Assembly (NCBI RefSeq): GCF_006345805.1
Contig: NC_043006.1
Coordinates: forward strand, 78,988,001-79,052,000
Direction: 5' to 3'
DNA length: 64,000 bases
Origin: Octopus sinensis
Lineage: Eukaryota
How positions within the stretch are numbered: the first letter of the stretch is position 1; every line of letters begins with the position of its first letter. Below, in pieces: positions 61,438 to 64,000 of this stretch. The notes under the pieces are model-generated. The model was given only the letters and a program-made list of their open reading frames with translations. It was not told the origin of the DNA and did no database searches. Both the position numbers and the translations under genes were made by a program.

Positions 61438-61630
61438 TTCATCATCATCATCATCATCTTTTAACGTTCGCTTTCCATGCTAGCATTGGCTGGGCGATTT
61501 GACTGACGACTGGCGAACCAGATTGGAGTCTGGTGCAGCCATCTGGTTCGCCAGACGTCAGTCAAATCGTCCAACCCATGCTAGCATGGAAAGCGGACGT
61601 TAAACGATGATGATGATGATGATGATGATG
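61438..61630. repeat. Fold-back of a retroposon 3' end, bounded by (ATC)n and (GAT)n
   Basis: Arms about 61461-61523 and 61541-61603 are complementary. The flanking microsatellites are also mutually complementary. Confidence 0.85.
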
Positions 61631-62539
61631 ACGAGCGATTGTCCATCGATGTAAGTCTACTACTCCAGGTCTCCATTGTTTCACATTGAAAGAGTATATC
61701 CGACAGAGCATGATACCAGTATAGTGGCAAGCATTACCGTCGGGCAGTCATGATCCAAAACAATGACTGTTTACGAGTGTGTGTGTATACATGTATGTAT
61801 ATATGTGTGTTTATGCATGTGTGTATTTGTTTGTGTGTGTATGTATTATGCCTACATATATATGTGTGTATGTATGCATCATACGTACATACATACATAC
61901 ACAAACACACATATTTGTATATGTACTTATATATATCTATATATATATATATATATATATAGAACGGTGTGTGTACGTGTGTGTATCTGTCGTCGTGTGC
62001 GTACGCGCGCGTGTATGTATGTGTGTTTATGAATATATATCAATATGTGTGTATGTAACTTTGTGTATATTGGTAATAGCTTTTTTTGCTTTTTTTCGAA
62101 CTTATATTTATATTCATACGCCAAAAAATAATCGAAGATTGTTACTATTTAAAATATAAATTAACAAATTAAATATTTTATATACTAATAAATATCAACT
62201 GTTCAGAAAAACATATCATTTGTTTTGGGTTTTTTTCTTGTTTTTTTTTTTTTGTTATTTTTTCTTGTTTTTACCGTTTGCTTTTCATGCTTTTCTAAGA
62301 TGCGTTTTTCAAGACAAGTATTAAATCTTTGCTTCAGATGTATTTTTCATTGATTTTTAACTCGATTTTCTTATCTGATACCCACATCCTAGTTAACTCT
62401 GACCAAAGGGAAGTAAATCATTACTCTCTGCTCTTAGCGTCACACATAATGCATCTTAAGCTTTTGTATTCAAACCGGCCACATCAAACCCAAATACTGT
62501 ACTTTGTTTTATGTTTTGATGGAGACGCATTTGATGCTT

Positions 62540-62872
62540 TGGGAACCGGACAAGAATTGCTGCAGCTCGGCTGGGATATGTTACCCCACCCTCCATATTC
62601 ACCAGATATTGCTCCTTCGGATTTCCACTTATTCAGGTCTTAATGGTAGAAATTTCAATTCCTTGGATGACGTAAAAAGATACCATGACGAATTCTTTGC
62701 CATGAAACCACCTCAATTCGGGGAAGAGGGTATTTTCAAGTTAAAGAAAAGATGGAGACGCATTGTGCAACAAAATAGTTCATATTTGGTTGATTAAAAA
62801 TGTAATGGCAAGTATTTATTGGCCTATTTCTTTCCTTTAAAAATCGGTACGAACTTTCCGGACAACCCAATA
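62540..62872 (+). mobile_element. Mariner transposase C-terminus with right TIR and TA
   Basis: LGWDMLPHPPYSPDIAPSDFHLFRS / LNGRNFNSLDDVK...GIFKL..RW..IV...SSY..D*, then gaactttccggacaacccaa-TA. Confidence 0.9.
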
Positions 62873-63529
62873 TAATCATTACATTTGACAATAATCTGAA
62901 TAATTAAGGGTTAAACCGCATTATCCAAATATGTTCTCACTTCTTTTTCCTAGACAGTAGATTATTTTTGTGATTTTGGAACGTGATTTGGGAGTTTCTT
63001 TTCTACCAACTCGGGCAAGGACAAGAGTACACCAGCGCAAGAGTACAGATTTTCCCATGTAATTATGAAACAAGTTACATTTACATGAAATAGTCTGGTT
63101 CTTAAAGTCACCATAACTCTATCCTATCAAATATTTCCTCAGAATGTCTCCTTTATATTAATACTTGCAAAAAAATTAATTAATGATTTCTAAATCTCAT
63201 AACCGCAGGAACTAATAGGAGCAGTAAACAACAACAGTTTCCATAGTGATAGATAGATGAGAGATGAAGCTTTGTTTAGAGAGCCTGTTGATCCCTTTCA
63301 GAGAGATTTGTTATCAGAGAAATTAAAATCGATAATTTAGATTTGTCAATTCTAAAGTTACTCTTGGTACTTAAGTCTTGAATGAAAGCACTTGTAGTTC
63401 ATTTAATTGTATATGCGTTCCAGCAATAGCGGGGTCGTTTTCCCTGCGCTGGGCTGACGTTTCGTTCAGGAGGGATTGCTGTAATCTCAGTTATGTATAC
63501 GCCAAGGATATCAGGTTAACTTTCGGCCT

Positions 63530-63757
63530 TCATTACTACCCACAAGGGCTAAACATAAAGAGGACAAACAAGGACAGATATAGGTATTAAGTCGATTACA
63601 TCGAGCCCAGTGCGTAAGTGGTATTTATTTACTTGACCCCGACAGGATGAAAGGCAAAGTCGACCTCGGCGGAATTTGAACTCAGAACGTAACGACAGAC
63701 GAAATACCGCTAAGCATTTCGCCCGGCGTGCTAACGTTTCTTCCAGCTCGCCGCCTT
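63530..63757 (-). mobile_element. SINE family B
   Basis: Same sequence as 12648-12880. Confidence 0.88.
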
Positions 63758-64000
63758 CCCTATAATGTTTAATAACAGCAACAATATATTTAATGATAGA
63801 GAGAGGCTCAATGTTAAAATTAGAATCAAATTTAATGTAAAATTCGTTTGCAATGGAATTTTACGTTAAGCCTGACTTAACAAATGCAACAGATTTATGA
63901 AGAAGATTGTTTGAGCTATATGCAATGTCACAAATTGTACCAATGTTTTAAGTTGAGAATAGTACCAAACAAAGACGATTTTCAAATCTGGTTGACCTTC

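Overview
AT-rich, microsatellite- and SINE-dense animal genomic DNA. The SINE families and repeat density look like Octopus; that assignment is from recognition, not a database search. Almost all ORFs in the supplied track are simple-repeat artefacts. One real gene is present: 15 small + strand exons (3166-45795, 2196 nt, 731 aa, frame continuous across all GT-AG junctions, 5' end upstream of the window). They encode the C-terminal part of a type I membrane protein: 10 tandem ephrin-receptor-like (GCC2_GCC3-type) Cys-rich repeats at one exon each, 2 EGF-like domains, a transmembrane helix and a Tyr-rich tail. Introns and flanks hold several Penelope-like retroelement (PLE) fragments, mariner remnants, MITEs, a HERO/R2-like LINE 3' fragment and many tRNA-derived SINEs. 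The most striking unexplained structure is about a dozen hammerhead-ribozyme (HHR) motifs, from intact-looking to degenerate. They occur in at least three carrier types: PLE pseudo-LTRs, a short non-coding (TA)n-flanked element family, and a tRNA-headed SINE. Recurrent tail-to-tail fold-back duplications accompany them, including 1.16-kb near-identical inverted arms inside intron 7. All RNA structures were folded by eye and none is tested.
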